Source: an uncultured Acidobacteriota bacterium
GTDB taxonomy: Bacteria > Acidobacteriota > Vicinamibacteria > Vicinamibacterales > UBA2999
DNA: 64,000 nucleotides
Assembly: GCA_963773045.1 (NCBI GenBank)
Contig: CAVYZT010000015.1
Span: forward strand, 8,444 to 72,443
Direction of reading: 5' to 3'
The notes below the pieces were generated by a model that had not been told where the DNA came from, did no database searches, and was given only the letters and a program-made list of their open reading frames with translations. Shown here one piece after another: positions 9,592 to 19,876 of the stretch. The stretch's first letter is position 1, and each line of letters begins with the position of its first letter. The position numbers and the translations under genes were made by a program.

Positions 9592-11079
9592 CTATTTGCA
9601 GACGAAGTTCGCCTCGTCATCCGTGCTTCCTGCGCCCTTGTACTCCGCCTTCTGCGGATACGGGCAGAGCGGCCGGCTGCGTGTTGTCGCCCCGTTGACG
9701 ACCTTTCGCGCAACGACGCGGTCGGGGGCTTTCCCCTGTTCGACCCAGTCGGCGATGGCCGCGGGCCAGTCGACCGCATCGGGGCCGGCGCCGCCCGCGC
9801 AGTGCAGCACGCCGGGCATGAGGAACGTGCGGAAGTATTCCGGTGCATTCGGGTCGCGGGCGTGGACCTGTTCGTGGTAGCGGATGCTGGCGAGCGGCGT
9901 CAGCGCGGCATCGGCCCACCCGTGCCACAGAATCAGCTTGCCGCCCTTCGCCTTGAACGTTTCGAGGTTCGGATCCGTGGCGTTGAGGAACGTCGCCGCG
10001 AGCGCCGTGTCCTTCTTCCATGTCGACAGGTCGTATTTCGAATAGTCCCAGCTCGGATCGTCGAAGACGAGGTACTTCATGATCCCGGTGCCGAACGCGA
10101 AGCGAAGGCTCGGCGCTGTCTGGCCCGGCTGCGGAGGATTGCCGCCGGTAATCCACGCGGGCCATCCCGCGGCCTGCCCTTCGCCGCCAAACGGCTGCGC
10201 CGGATGGATCTCACCCTCTCCGTTGGTCGTCGCCGAGTACAGCGCCTTCAGCGCCGCCTTCTTCGCGTCGCTGAGCGGCAGCGTGTTGACGTCGAACCGG
10301 CACTGACGCGGATCGTTCATCACGCCGTCCTTGACGCCATCGCCGGCATCACAGGCGTCGAGGACGCCGGCTTCGACGATCTTCATGTCGTCGCGCGTGA
10401 GCATCGGCGCGTCGAGCCGGTTCGGATCGGGAAATGCAGCCTGGGCATTTTTGATCATCTGCGCCGCGAACCCGGTCCAGTCGTAGGCCGGAGCGCCGGC
10501 GATGATGCCGTCGAAGTCGTCCGGGAACCGCTGCGCTTCCATCAGCGCCTGGCCGCCGCCGCGGGAGCAGCCGCTGAAATAGCTTCGAGTGGAGCGGCTT
10601 CCGTAGTAGTGCGCGACGATCGCCTTCGCGGCTTCGGCGGTCCGGTGCACGGCGAGGTAGCCGAAGTTCAGCTTGCGCTCGAGGTTGTTCAGCGCCCAGC
10701 TGGCGTCCGTGCCGCCGCCCTGATGACCGGTGTCGGTGCCGGCAGTCGCATATCCCGCGTTCACCGTCGTTTGCGCCGAGTTCTGGATCGATCCGACGAA
10801 TCCGCCGCCGCCGCCCATGAAGAACTTGGAGTTCCACTGGTCCGGCAGCAGGAGCGAGAACCGGATCTCCGTGCCGATGACGCCGTTCACCCGGCAATGC
10901 GCCGCGCGGATGGGCCCGGTTGCCGCCGCCGGCACGGCGACCGCTTCCGCGATCCTGACGTCGGGCAGCTTCAGCGCCGTCAATTGCGAACAGTCGGAGT
11001 GGGTCGTCTGCGCCGAGACCACGCCGGCCACCACGGCACAGCCAATGACAACGCCACCGACGAGTCGTCCCTTCCTCAT
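9592..11079 (-). CDS. Tannase / feruloyl-esterase family alpha/beta hydrolase (secreted)
   Basis: Signal peptide, FSGCSRGGGQ nucleophile motif, conserved Cys pattern. 495 aa. Confidence 0.85.
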   Translation of the reverse strand: MRKGRLVGGVVIGCAVVAGVVSAQTTHSDCSQLTALKLPDVRIAEAVAVPAAATGPIRAAHCRVNGVIGTEIRFSLLLPDQWNSKFFMGGGGGFVGSIQNSAQTTVNAGYATAGTDTGHQGGGTDASWALNNLERKLNFGYLAVHRTAEAAKAIVAHYYGSRSTRSYFSGCSRGGGQALMEAQRFPDDFDGIIAGAPAYDWTGFAAQMIKNAQAAFPDPNRLDAPMLTRDDMKIVEAGVLDACDAGDGVKDGVMNDPRQCRFDVNTLPLSDAKKAALKALYSATTNGEGEIHPAQPFGGEGQAAGWPAWITGGNPPQPGQTAPSLRFAFGTGIMKYLVFDDPSWDYSKYDLSTWKKDTALAATFLNATDPNLETFKAKGGKLILWHGWADAALTPLASIRYHEQVHARDPNAPEYFRTFLMPGVLHCAGGAGPDAVDWPAAIADWVEQGKAPDRVVARKVVNGATTRSRPLCPYPQKAEYKGAGSTDDEANFVCK

Positions 11080-11204
11080 CCGGCTCCTGCCTGGAAATCG
11101 ATCCGCACTGCAGGCGACAACGCCTGACGCACTTGACGTTGTGCTACATCAGCGCGCCGAACGACCCCTCAAACGATGTCCAAGAAAACGGGACAACGCC
11201 ACCC

Positions 11205-11471
11205 TTAGCAAAAAGCAAGTAATGCCTCAAGGTCGTTAATCTTCTGAAGTTGCTGCAACGCAGATGCGTGGTCACCGGACGCAACATCCAAGCCATACAG
11301 ATAATAGTAGTGCTGAATCTTGCGACTCAGAGAGCCGCAGAGATCGCCGGATCTCTGGGGACGAATATCGTCCCTAACGCCTGAACGGTTGATGGTCGTG
11401 GTGTTGTAGTGCGCTCTGCTCGAATAAACAGAGCGTTCGGCGGTGAATCCGGGTAAATGCAAGGTGTTCAT
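11205..11471 (-). CDS. Small hypothetical protein (88 aa) in an AT-richer pocket
   Basis: ATG at 11471 follows GGAAGGAG. The N-terminus is MNTLHLPGFTAERSVY. I cannot assign a family. Confidence 0.5.
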   Translation of the reverse strand: MNTLHLPGFTAERSVYSSRAHYNTTTINRSGVRDDIRPQRSGDLCGSLSRKIQHYYYLYGLDVASGDHASALQQLQKINDLEALLAFC

Positions 11472-12095
11472 TTCAGTTCTCCTTCCATACATCGACGCCG
11501 GTAAGCGACAAGGTGTTTGCAAATGCTTTTGCAGAAGTGCTTCGAAGGGGCCCAGGTGGGTGGTAGTGCAAGAACGGATCGAAGAAACGAGTGATGATCA
11601 CGCACACCTCCCGCATGAGCATGATAGATCGGAGCAGTCGACGGACCTGGCTAGAAATCGAGTATCGGGCAGAGCCCAAGGAGTCTCGGCAGAGTGACCC
11701 GCACCCAAAACGCGCCACTCGAGCAAGCGAAATGATGGCAGCAAACCGACTACACCACCTTGAGGACGATGCCAAGAAGATAGAAGGCAGTCGCTAACAG
11801 GATCAGGCGGAAAGGCGCAGGGAACCAATAGAGCTTGGCGAACGCCCATCGCCGCATCGAAGCGGCGGCGAGGACGGCCCGATCGTCATCTCCCGACGTG
11901 ATTCCGTGATAGATCGAGCCCGGCAACGTCAGCTCTTGTCCGCTGAGAACCTAATCGCGCTCTGAAGCGCGGCGAGACGGCGAGGTGTGCATGCTCGATG
12001 TCCACTCTGGTGTTCTTCCCAAGAAGCTCCTTGCCGCCATCCGGGACGATCGTCCGCACACCCAGATATCGCAAATCTTGGTTCAAGCGGCGACG

Positions 12096-14663
12096 ATGGA
12101 GATACCGTCCGTCCTTGCGCGATTTTCGACCCGTCCCGAAGGGTTGACCAGTGATGACGCTCGCGCCCGACTCGCTCAGTATGGGCCGAACGTCTTGGCA
12201 AGAGACCAGCGAACGAGCCTCGGGAGGCTGTTCTGGCACGCGGTTCTCAACCCGCTGGTGATCCTGCTGGCGATCCTGGCAAGCATCTCGTTCGCCACCG
12301 GTGACCCTCGGGCTGGCATCATGATGTCGCTCATGATCGCTCTGGGTGTGGGGCTGAAACTCATCCAGGAAGCCAAGGCCGACAGCGCAGCGGCCAAGTT
12401 AAAGGCGATGATCTCGGTCACCGCCACGGCGATCCGTGATGGCAAGCGCCAGGAGATCGCCGTTTCGCAGTTGGTCCCCGGTGACATTCTGGAACTGGCC
12501 GCAGGGGACATGATCCCCGCCGACGTCCGCATGGTCACGGCGAAAGATCTGTTCGTCACTCAAAGCGCGCTGACGGGCGAGAGCTTCCCGGTTGAGAAGT
12601 TCGAGGTCGAAAGGAACGCGGCAACAAATGCGCCCATCGGGCTGACCACCATCGCATTCCTGGGCACGAGCGTCGAAAGCGGTTCGGCGACGGCGGTTGT
12701 CATCGCAACCGGGAAGGAGACACTTCTCGGCGGCGTGGCCCACTCTCTGTCGGAGGCGCCGACCCAGACGGCGTTCGACAAGGGCATCGCTCAGTTCACC
12801 TGGTTGATGCTGCGATTCATTCTCGCCATGGTGCCCCTGGTCTTCGTCATCAATGGTCTGACCAAGGGCAACTGGGTCGAAGCCTTCTTCTTCGCCGTCG
12901 CGGTGGCGGTGGGCCTGACGCCCGAGATGTTGCCGATGATCGTGACGGTGTGCCTTTCCAAAGGCGCACTGGCGATGAGCCGCAAGAAGGTCATCGTCAA
13001 GCGGATCAATGCGATTCAGAACCTGGGCGCGATGGACGTGCTCTGCACGGACAAGACCGGCACGTTGACGATGGATCACGTCATCCTGGAGAAGCACTGC
13101 GACGTCGCGCTGAAGGAAGACGACGGCGTTCTCGCGCTCGTATACATGAATAGTCACTTCCAGACTGGGTTGAGGAACGTCCTGGACCGCGCGGTGCTCG
13201 CGCATACGGAGACCTTCACTCACGCGAAGATTCCCGAATATGCAAAGGTGGACGAGATCCCCTTCGACTTTCAGCGCCGCATCATGTCCGTCGTCGTCCG
13301 TACACCCGAAGGCAAGGACCGAATGATCAGCAAGGGAGCCCCGGAGGCCATCTTCCCTTGCTGCGCGAATTTCGAGCTCGACGGCACGCGCTATCCAATG
13401 GATCACGCACACATCGACGCGCTGAAGAAGGAGTACGAACAACTCTCGGCCGATGGCTTCCGTGTGCTCGCGATCGCCACCAAAGACATCGAGCCGCTCG
13501 GTATCGTGAAGGGCGATGCCACTCCCTACTCCAAGGCCGACGAGTGCGATCTGATCCTGAACGGCTATGCAGCCTTCCTCGACCCGCCGAAGGAAACGGC
13601 GGCGGCCGCGATCAAAGCCTTGCAGGGCCATGGCGTGGCGGTTAAGGTCGTCACCGGCGACAACGACTTGGTCGCCCGCAAGATCTGCACAGAGGTCGGG
13701 CTGTCCACCGAGTTCGTGCTGCTCGGTAGCGAACTCGACAAGATGTCCGACGCCCAGCTTGCAGACGCAGCCGTAGGAACCACGCTGTTTGCCCGCGTGT
13801 CTCCCGCCCACAAGCAGCGCATCATCAAGGCCCTGCAATCCCGCAAGCACACGGTGGGCTTCATGGGCGACGGTATCAACGACGCCCCGGGCTTGCACGC
13901 GGCGGACGTTGGGATCAGCGTCGATACCGCCGTGGATGTCGCGAAAGCTTCGGCGGACATGATCCTGCTTGAAAAATCCTTATTGGTCCTGGAAGCGGGC
14001 GTCGTCGAAGGACGAAAGGTCTTCGCCAACATCCTCAAGTACGTGCGCATGGGCGCGAGCAGCAACTTCGGCAACATGTTCAGCGTCCTGGGGGCGAGCG
14101 TGTTCGTCCCGTACCTGCCGATGGCCCCGATCCAGATCCTGGCCAACAACCTGCTCTACGATGTGAGCCAGACCGCCATTCCGACCGACGCCGTCGATCC
14201 CGAGCAGGTTGAGAAACCACGCCCCTGGGACATCAAGCAACTGACCCGTTTCATCGTCTTCATCGGCCCGTGCTCATCGATCTTCGACTACACGACGTAC
14301 GTCATGATGCTCTATGTCTTCAACTGCTGGAACATCTCCACGCCGGAGGCTGCGTCGCATAGCGCGAGCCTGTTTCAAACTGGCTGGTTCGTGGAGAGCC
14401 TGCTGACGCAGACAGTCATCATCCACATCATCCGCACCAACAAGATTCCGTTCCTGCAAAGCCGTTCGTCCTGGCCGCTGATCGGCATGTCCGTCGTGAT
14501 CATGGCGACTGGCATCGCCATTCCGTTCACGCCCCTGGGACACTATCTGGGTTTCACGGCGCTGCCAACGTTCTACTGGCCGCTGCTGGCGCTCACGCTC
14601 CTCTGTTACGTGCTTCTGACTCAGTCGGTCAAGATGTGGCTGCTGCGGAGGAAGTGGATCTGA
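12096..14663 (+). CDS. mgtA: Magnesium-translocating P-type ATPase MgtA
   Basis: Motifs CTDKTGTLT, VVTGDN, GDGINDAP and TGES, with a 10-TM layout. The alternative upstream start at 11985 is in the same frame. Confidence 0.9.
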   Translation: MEIPSVLARFSTRPEGLTSDDARARLAQYGPNVLARDQRTSLGRLFWHAVLNPLVILLAILASISFATGDPRAGIMMSLMIALGVGLKLIQEAKADSAAAKLKAMISVTATAIRDGKRQEIAVSQLVPGDILELAAGDMIPADVRMVTAKDLFVTQSALTGESFPVEKFEVERNAATNAPIGLTTIAFLGTSVESGSATAVVIATGKETLLGGVAHSLSEAPTQTAFDKGIAQFTWLMLRFILAMVPLVFVINGLTKGNWVEAFFFAVAVAVGLTPEMLPMIVTVCLSKGALAMSRKKVIVKRINAIQNLGAMDVLCTDKTGTLTMDHVILEKHCDVALKEDDGVLALVYMNSHFQTGLRNVLDRAVLAHTETFTHAKIPEYAKVDEIPFDFQRRIMSVVVRTPEGKDRMISKGAPEAIFPCCANFELDGTRYPMDHAHIDALKKEYEQLSADGFRVLAIATKDIEPLGIVKGDATPYSKADECDLILNGYAAFLDPPKETAAAAIKALQGHGVAVKVVTGDNDLVARKICTEVGLSTEFVLLGSELDKMSDAQLADAAVGTTLFARVSPAHKQRIIKALQSRKHTVGFMGDGINDAPGLHAADVGISVDTAVDVAKASADMILLEKSLLVLEAGVVEGRKVFANILKYVRMGASSNFGNMFSVLGASVFVPYLPMAPIQILANNLLYDVSQTAIPTDAVDPEQVEKPRPWDIKQLTRFIVFIGPCSSIFDYTTYVMMLYVFNCWNISTPEAASHSASLFQTGWFVESLLTQTVIIHIIRTNKIPFLQSRSSWPLIGMSVVIMATGIAIPFTPLGHYLGFTALPTFYWPLLALTLLCYVLLTQSVKMWLLRRKWI

Positions 14664-14898
14664 CGCTTGCCCACGGATGCGAACGTGTCCGTGGTCATCA
14701 CCCGCCCGGAAGGTGACGAGCACCTGCCCTTTAGACGGCAGGCAGAACGTGGGGTTCTGATCAGCGTCAGCGGGCCTGCCGAGCCACACGAATTCGGTGC
14801 CCGGCTGGTTCTACGTGTCCGCGACCGTGAAGAGTCCATCCCATTCCGCATGGTCGAGCCTGGCGGCCACGATCAGGCGTGAAGGAGCGAGGTAATCG

Positions 14899-15042
14899 AT
14901 GACGCACGATCAACAGCCTCATTCCCACGGCCAGCGGATGCGGGCGGCGACCATGGATCTGGAAACCGACATGGCATCCGACCATCACCACGCCCACGCC
15001 GCAGCGACGCGTGAGATGGTCAGTTCGAATGTCGAGGTGTGA
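14899..15042 (+). CDS. Candidate 47-aa His-rich micro-ORF upstream of the CDF transporter
   Basis: GAAGGAG lies 7 nt upstream of the ATG. The peptide is MTHDQQPHSHGQRMRAATMDLETDMASDHHHAHAAATREMVSSNVEV (7 His). It is below the ORF-track length cut-off. Confidence 0.35.
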   Translation: MTHDQQPHSHGQRMRAATMDLETDMASDHHHAHAAATREMVSSNVEV

Positions 15043-15091
15043 CGTGGACAACGATGGACGATTGGATCGCGATCAGGTTCGGCATGCGGAG

Positions 15092-16051
15092 ATGGGCGAG
15101 CATGGTCACGATCACGCTGGTCACAAGCACGGGGTCGGCGGTCACACGCACGGCGTGAGCGCCGACGCGGACCGGCGGTATCTGAGCATCGCCTTCGTGC
15201 TCATCGTCGGGTTCATGGCGTTCGAGGTTGTCGTTGGAATCGTGGCGCACTCGCTCGCGCTCCTGTCCGACGCTGCCCATATGCTCACGGACGCAGGTGC
15301 GCTAGCCCTGTCACTCGTTGTCCTGCGATATGTTCAGCGCCCGGGCGGCGACGCTCTGACCTACGGCAGGCGGCGGGCTGAGGTGCTGAGCGGCCAGGCC
15401 AATGGCGCTGTGCTCCTCGTGCTCGGACTGATCGTGATCTACGAGGCGATTTCGCGCTTGATTACACCACCCGACGTCGCCGGGCTAGCCGTGACGATGG
15501 TGGCGGCTGCCGGCGTGGTCGTGAACCTCGTCGCAGCATGGATCATGGCGAAGGCCAATCGTCAGAGCCTGAACATCGAGGGCAGCTTTCAGCACATCCT
15601 GACCGACTTGTATGCCTTCATCGGAACGCTCATCGCCGGCATCGTGATCCTCGTCACCGGGTTCGACCGGGCGGACGCGATTGCATCGCTCCTCGTGGCG
15701 GTGCTGATGCTCCGATCGGGGTTCGCTCTCCAGCGCAAAGCCATCCGCGTGCTCCTCGAAGCCGCGCCGGAAGGGATGGCACCGGCCGAGGTCGGCGTGG
15801 CGATGGCGCATGGCGAGCACGTGAAAGAGGTGCACGATCTGCACCTGTGGGAACTGGCACCGGGCCATCCCATCTTGACGGCGCATGTGCTCGTCGCGCC
15901 CGGCGAAGACTGTCATGCGGTCCGCCGCGCGCTCGAGCGGATGCTGAACGAGCGCTTCAAGATCGCGCACACGACACTGCAGGTCGATCACGCGCACCAG
16001 CAAGTGCTGTCGATTCAGCGGCACGGAGTCTGGCGTTCGAGTACTTCGTGA
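15092..16051 (+). CDS. Cation diffusion facilitator (CzcD/ZitB-like) metal exporter
   Basis: His-rich N-terminus MGEHGHDHAGHKHGVGGHTHG, HSLALLSDAAHMLTD in TM2, and HILTD in TM5. Confidence 0.85.
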   Translation: MGEHGHDHAGHKHGVGGHTHGVSADADRRYLSIAFVLIVGFMAFEVVVGIVAHSLALLSDAAHMLTDAGALALSLVVLRYVQRPGGDALTYGRRRAEVLSGQANGAVLLVLGLIVIYEAISRLITPPDVAGLAVTMVAAAGVVVNLVAAWIMAKANRQSLNIEGSFQHILTDLYAFIGTLIAGIVILVTGFDRADAIASLLVAVLMLRSGFALQRKAIRVLLEAAPEGMAPAEVGVAMAHGEHVKEVHDLHLWELAPGHPILTAHVLVAPGEDCHAVRRALERMLNERFKIAHTTLQVDHAHQQVLSIQRHGVWRSSTS

Positions 16052-16075
16052 CCAGACGGACCAGAGGGAGCACCG

Positions 16076-16774
16076 ATGACCCGAAGTGTTCATAGAGAGC
16101 GGCACCGCACCGAACGAATCGGCTGGCTGCGGGCCGCCGTCCTCGGGGCGAACGACGGCATCGTCTCGACCGCGAGTCTGATCGTTGGCGTCGCGGCAGC
16201 AAATGCCGGCCGGAATGAAATTCTCGTCGCCGGCGTTGCCGGCATGGTGGCGGGTGCCATGTCGATGGCCGCAGGCGAGTTCGTGTCGGTCAGCTCGCAA
16301 CTCGACACCGAGCAGGCCGACGTGGCACGTGAGCGGGAGGAGTTGGCCACTCAGCCCGAATTCGAGAAGAAGGAACTCGCGACGATCTACGTGGGGCGAG
16401 GGCTGACACCAGAGCTCGCCACTCAAGTCGCCGACCAACTGATGGCTCATGACGCTCTAGCGGCGCATTCACGGGATGAGCTTGGGCTGTCCGAAGCCGT
16501 CGGCGCGCGCCCCGTGCAGGCCGCCCTGACATCGGCCGCGACGTTCGCGGCGGGTGCCGCATTGCCTCTCGTCACGGCGCTCGGTTCGCCACCGCCATAT
16601 GTGGTCCTCGCTGTGGCGGCTACGTCGCTACTGTGTCTCACGGCGCTCGGCGCACTATCGGCGCGGACAGGCGGGGCACGCGTGCTCAGGGCTTCGGCGC
16701 GGGTGGCCTTCTGGGGAGCCTTGGCGATGGGCCTTACCGCCGGCGTGGGCTGGTTGTTCGGGACAGTGGCGTAA
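16076..16774 (+). CDS. VIT1/CCC1 family iron/manganese transporter
   Basis: RIGWLRAAVLGANDGIVSTASLIVGVAAA and the following TM pattern. 232 aa. Confidence 0.85.
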   Translation: MTRSVHRERHRTERIGWLRAAVLGANDGIVSTASLIVGVAAANAGRNEILVAGVAGMVAGAMSMAAGEFVSVSSQLDTEQADVAREREELATQPEFEKKELATIYVGRGLTPELATQVADQLMAHDALAAHSRDELGLSEAVGARPVQAALTSAATFAAGAALPLVTALGSPPPYVVLAVAATSLLCLTALGALSARTGGARVLRASARVAFWGALAMGLTAGVGWLFGTVA

Positions 16775-16989
16775 AGGCTAACGAAGGAGATCCCATTCCG
16801 ACCGCAATGAGCCCTCGCGATATGGCAGCGCCGTCGAAGATTCTCGAACGCCGTGGCGTTCTCGCGCGCCAACGCCAGATTGTCTTGTGCGAGTTGCAGG
16901 TCGACGAACGCATTCTACATGACCCACGCACACCCACACGCCATCGCAGCACTCGCATTGAGGTGGCGACGGTTCCGGTGGGCGTCGTG

Positions 16990-17943
16990 CTACTGCGACC
17001 GCGCCGCGTAGTAGCCAGGGCGTGTCCGCACCACAACGTCAGGTCGACTGACTCGTACCGCAATCTGACGGAAGTTGCCATCCGTGACGGCGTTGGTCGA
17101 CTCGTAGGCCAAGGAATACTGGTACGCGAGCTCGGCCTTGATCTCGCTGTAGACCGCCGCGAGGTCTTTAGGTTCCTGTGGGAAGAACGCTCGTCCGCCA
17201 GTCTGTTGCGCGAGGCGCTTGAGGACGAAGTCCCCGTCCTGGTTGCCCATCCTGCGTGCGATCGGCTCTCGCACTCCCAGGCCAATCGTGTAGATCACGG
17301 TGTCCGACCGCGCTGCGAGATCAAGCACATCGTCGAAGCTCACCACACTGGACGTATCGTCCCCGTCCGACAAGACAATCATGGCCAAACGGCGAGGACT
17401 CCGTTGTTCGTCGCGCGGTCTCTTCTTCAGCTCTTTCAGCGTGATATAGACCGCGTTAAAAAGCGCAGTGGCGCCGCCCGCGTTCGTTTGGCGAATTGCC
17501 GTTTCCAGCGCGGCGCGCTCATTCGTCAGATCCTGAAGTGTCCGAACCGTGCTATCGAAATCGACCACCGTTGCCATATCCAGCGGCCTGAGTTGCTGCA
17601 CAAAGCCGACGGCCGCCTCTTGTGCGACGGTCATTGCACGCTCCATGCTCGCGCTCGTATCGATGAGCAGCGCCATGGTCATCGGCACATCAGTCTTGCC
17701 AAAGAACGTCAGATTCTGACGGACGCCGTTTTCAAGGACCATGAAGTCGTCGCGCCCGAGGTCGGCGACGTACCGTAAATCCTTGTCGGTGACCGTCACG
17801 TTCACCGAGACAAGGTCGACGCCAACCCGGAACGCGGGACGTTGTCCCCGAGCGAACACTCGACCGTGCTCGCTCCTGCCGACGAGCGCGGCGATCAGGC
17901 TGACCACGACCACGCACCACCGCTGCCGCATGCTGGCCCTCAC
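16990..17943 (-). CDS. VWA domain protein (TIGR03436-like, Acidobacteria-type)
   Basis: FRVGVDLVSVNVTVTDKDLRYVADLGRDDFMVLENG, then a MIDAS-like DTSASM. GTGA overlap with the upstream kinase stop. Confidence 0.8.
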   Translation of the reverse strand: MRASMRQRWCVVVVSLIAALVGRSEHGRVFARGQRPAFRVGVDLVSVNVTVTDKDLRYVADLGRDDFMVLENGVRQNLTFFGKTDVPMTMALLIDTSASMERAMTVAQEAAVGFVQQLRPLDMATVVDFDSTVRTLQDLTNERAALETAIRQTNAGGATALFNAVYITLKELKKRPRDEQRSPRRLAMIVLSDGDDTSSVVSFDDVLDLAARSDTVIYTIGLGVREPIARRMGNQDGDFVLKRLAQQTGGRAFFPQEPKDLAAVYSEIKAELAYQYSLAYESTNAVTDGNFRQIAVRVSRPDVVVRTRPGYYAARSQ

Positions 17944-19876
17944 TGGTCGACGTAGACTGCCGCGTCGCTGACCACGGCGGCGTTTGGTGGAATTCCGGCC
18001 AGGAGCGTCAGCGTGATGCAGGTGCCTCGGCCGTCGGTACCGGCATCGCAGGTGATCGCTCCCCCATGTAGCTCAACGATCTGACGGCACATGTACAACC
18101 CGATGCCTGCGCCTCGCGCGTGGGGCCGCCCGTCTCCCAACTGGTGCTCGACGCGAAAGAACTTATCGAAGATCTGCGATCGAAATGCGGGCGGCACACC
18201 CGGCCCGGTGTCGCTGAGACCGATCGAGACGCCGTCAGTGGAGTCGAGCGCGTCGCCGGCACGTACGCATCGAGCGTCAACGAAAATCGTTCCTCCAGAC
18301 GGCGTGTACTTGAGCGCGTTGGACAAGATGTTGTTCAGCACGGCTCGGAGCCGGACCGGATCGCCCCAGATTGGTGGAAGGTCTCCGGCGATGCGAGATC
18401 TTGACGACGATGAGTTGCGAGTTCGCCTGCGCCTCGACGCGGCGGACTGCGTCCGCAATCGACAGCGGACAGATGCACTGGCTCGAAGTTGAGTCGAAGC
18501 TCACCGGCTTCGATACGGGTCAGGTCAAGGAACTCATGAACGGTTTCGGCCAGCTGCTCGACACCGATCAGCGATGTGGCGACGAGCTCCCGTTGATGTG
18601 CGGGAAGCGAGCTCGATGTCTTCTTGCAACATGAGTAACGTCATGCGGAGCGTCGTCAGAGGAGTCTGGAGCTCATGAGACGCGACAGCGACGAGTTCGG
18701 ATCGCATTTCGTCAAGCCGCACGAGCTCGGTGACGTCGTAGAGGAGAAGGATGACTCCGCCACGCTTCAGGTTCGGGCCTGGGACGGGCACGACGCGTGG
18801 CAATAAACGCTGGACGACGCCGTCACGTTCGACGCGCAGCGGTACGGGTCAGGTCGGTGAGAGAGCGCGATCCGCTTTCAGTCCGTCGAGCTTGGATCAG
18901 CGCATTCAGGTCGAGCTCCATCCAGCCGAGGTCATCGATGCTCTGAGGCTCTTGCACCCCGGCGGAGGCGAAGTGGTGAGCGCCGCGCGGTTCATCGACT
19001 GGATCTGCCCGTCGAGTCGAGCAGGACGACGGCGTCGGGCAGTGCTTCGAGACGTGGCTTCAAGCGTCTCTTTGGCTCGAACCACCTCGCTGATGTTGGA
19101 TCGCTTGAACTCTGCCAGGTCCTCCGCCATCTGGTTGAACGCGTCAGCCAGCTCGCCAGCTCGTCACCAGAAGCGACATCGATGCGCTCGGAGAAATTCC
19201 CCAGCCGGATGGCATTGGCGCCCGCGTGTCAGTCGCCGCACGGGGATGACGACGGCTCGGGTCAGATGCCAGGCGACCGCCACCGCAATTCCAAGAGCGG
19301 CGAGGGTGATCAGTAGCACCGCGCGCCGCGCCGCGTCGGCTCGATCCCGGCCACCGGCGACCGCTTGTCGGGCAAGCTCGAAATGACGATCACGGATCGC
19401 CGTCGTCAGCCCGACGGCGCGACGCAAGACAGGATTGGCCTTCTCGTGGTATTGAACGAGCGCCTCCCGCTCGGAGACCAGTGCAATCACGTCGTCCGCC
19501 GCCCGTCGATACGACGCCAGCTCTGCCTGCAGTGGACGGGCGAGCTCCACGTCATCCTCTGGGGTGAGCACGTCGAATAGAGTCGGTCATCGCGTCGTCT
19601 ACGACCGCGCGCTCACGGGTCGAGCACCTCGCTTCCCCTGGTGTCGCCGGCCAGGATGAGGAGCACCGCGTCGTCTTCTCGTTCGAGTGCGCCGGCGAGT
19701 CTCGACGTGACGGCAGTCACCGATTCGCTCTGCCGAACCGTATCGGTCACGATCCCGCTCAGACGGGACAGCGCGAAAAACGTCCACGCACTCGCCGTCA
19801 CGGTTGTGAGAACGAGTAGGCTCACTGCGACGACGAATCGAAAGCGGAGACCTCCGGGGATCATGACGGTGCTCAC
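17940..19876 (-). pseudogene. Sensor histidine kinase (TM-HAMP-PAS?-HisKA-HATPase), split over at least 5 frames as assembled
   Basis: Collinear pieces: 19613..19876 (TM1), 19164..19571 (TM2/HAMP), 18906..19130, 18534..18803 (SHELQTPL H-box) and 17940..18458 (N/G boxes). Confidence 0.7.

Noticed and set aside
11750-11857. A 35-codon hydrophobic minus-strand ORF (MRRWAFAKLYWFPAPFRLILLATAFYLLGIVLKVV), divergent from mgtA and reminiscent of small membrane regulators of Mg2+ transporters.
   Set aside because: It has no recognisable RBS. It is part of a longer stop-to-stop frame without a clear start, and I cannot assess conservation. It is too weak to call as a feature.
11860-12095. A possible M-box (ykoK) Mg2+ riboswitch upstream of mgtA.
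   Set aside because: I could not find the conserved M-box core segments (GTTAGGTGAGG-like and GCTAAAGCTCTACG-like) in the leader. A covariance-model scan would be needed to be certain.
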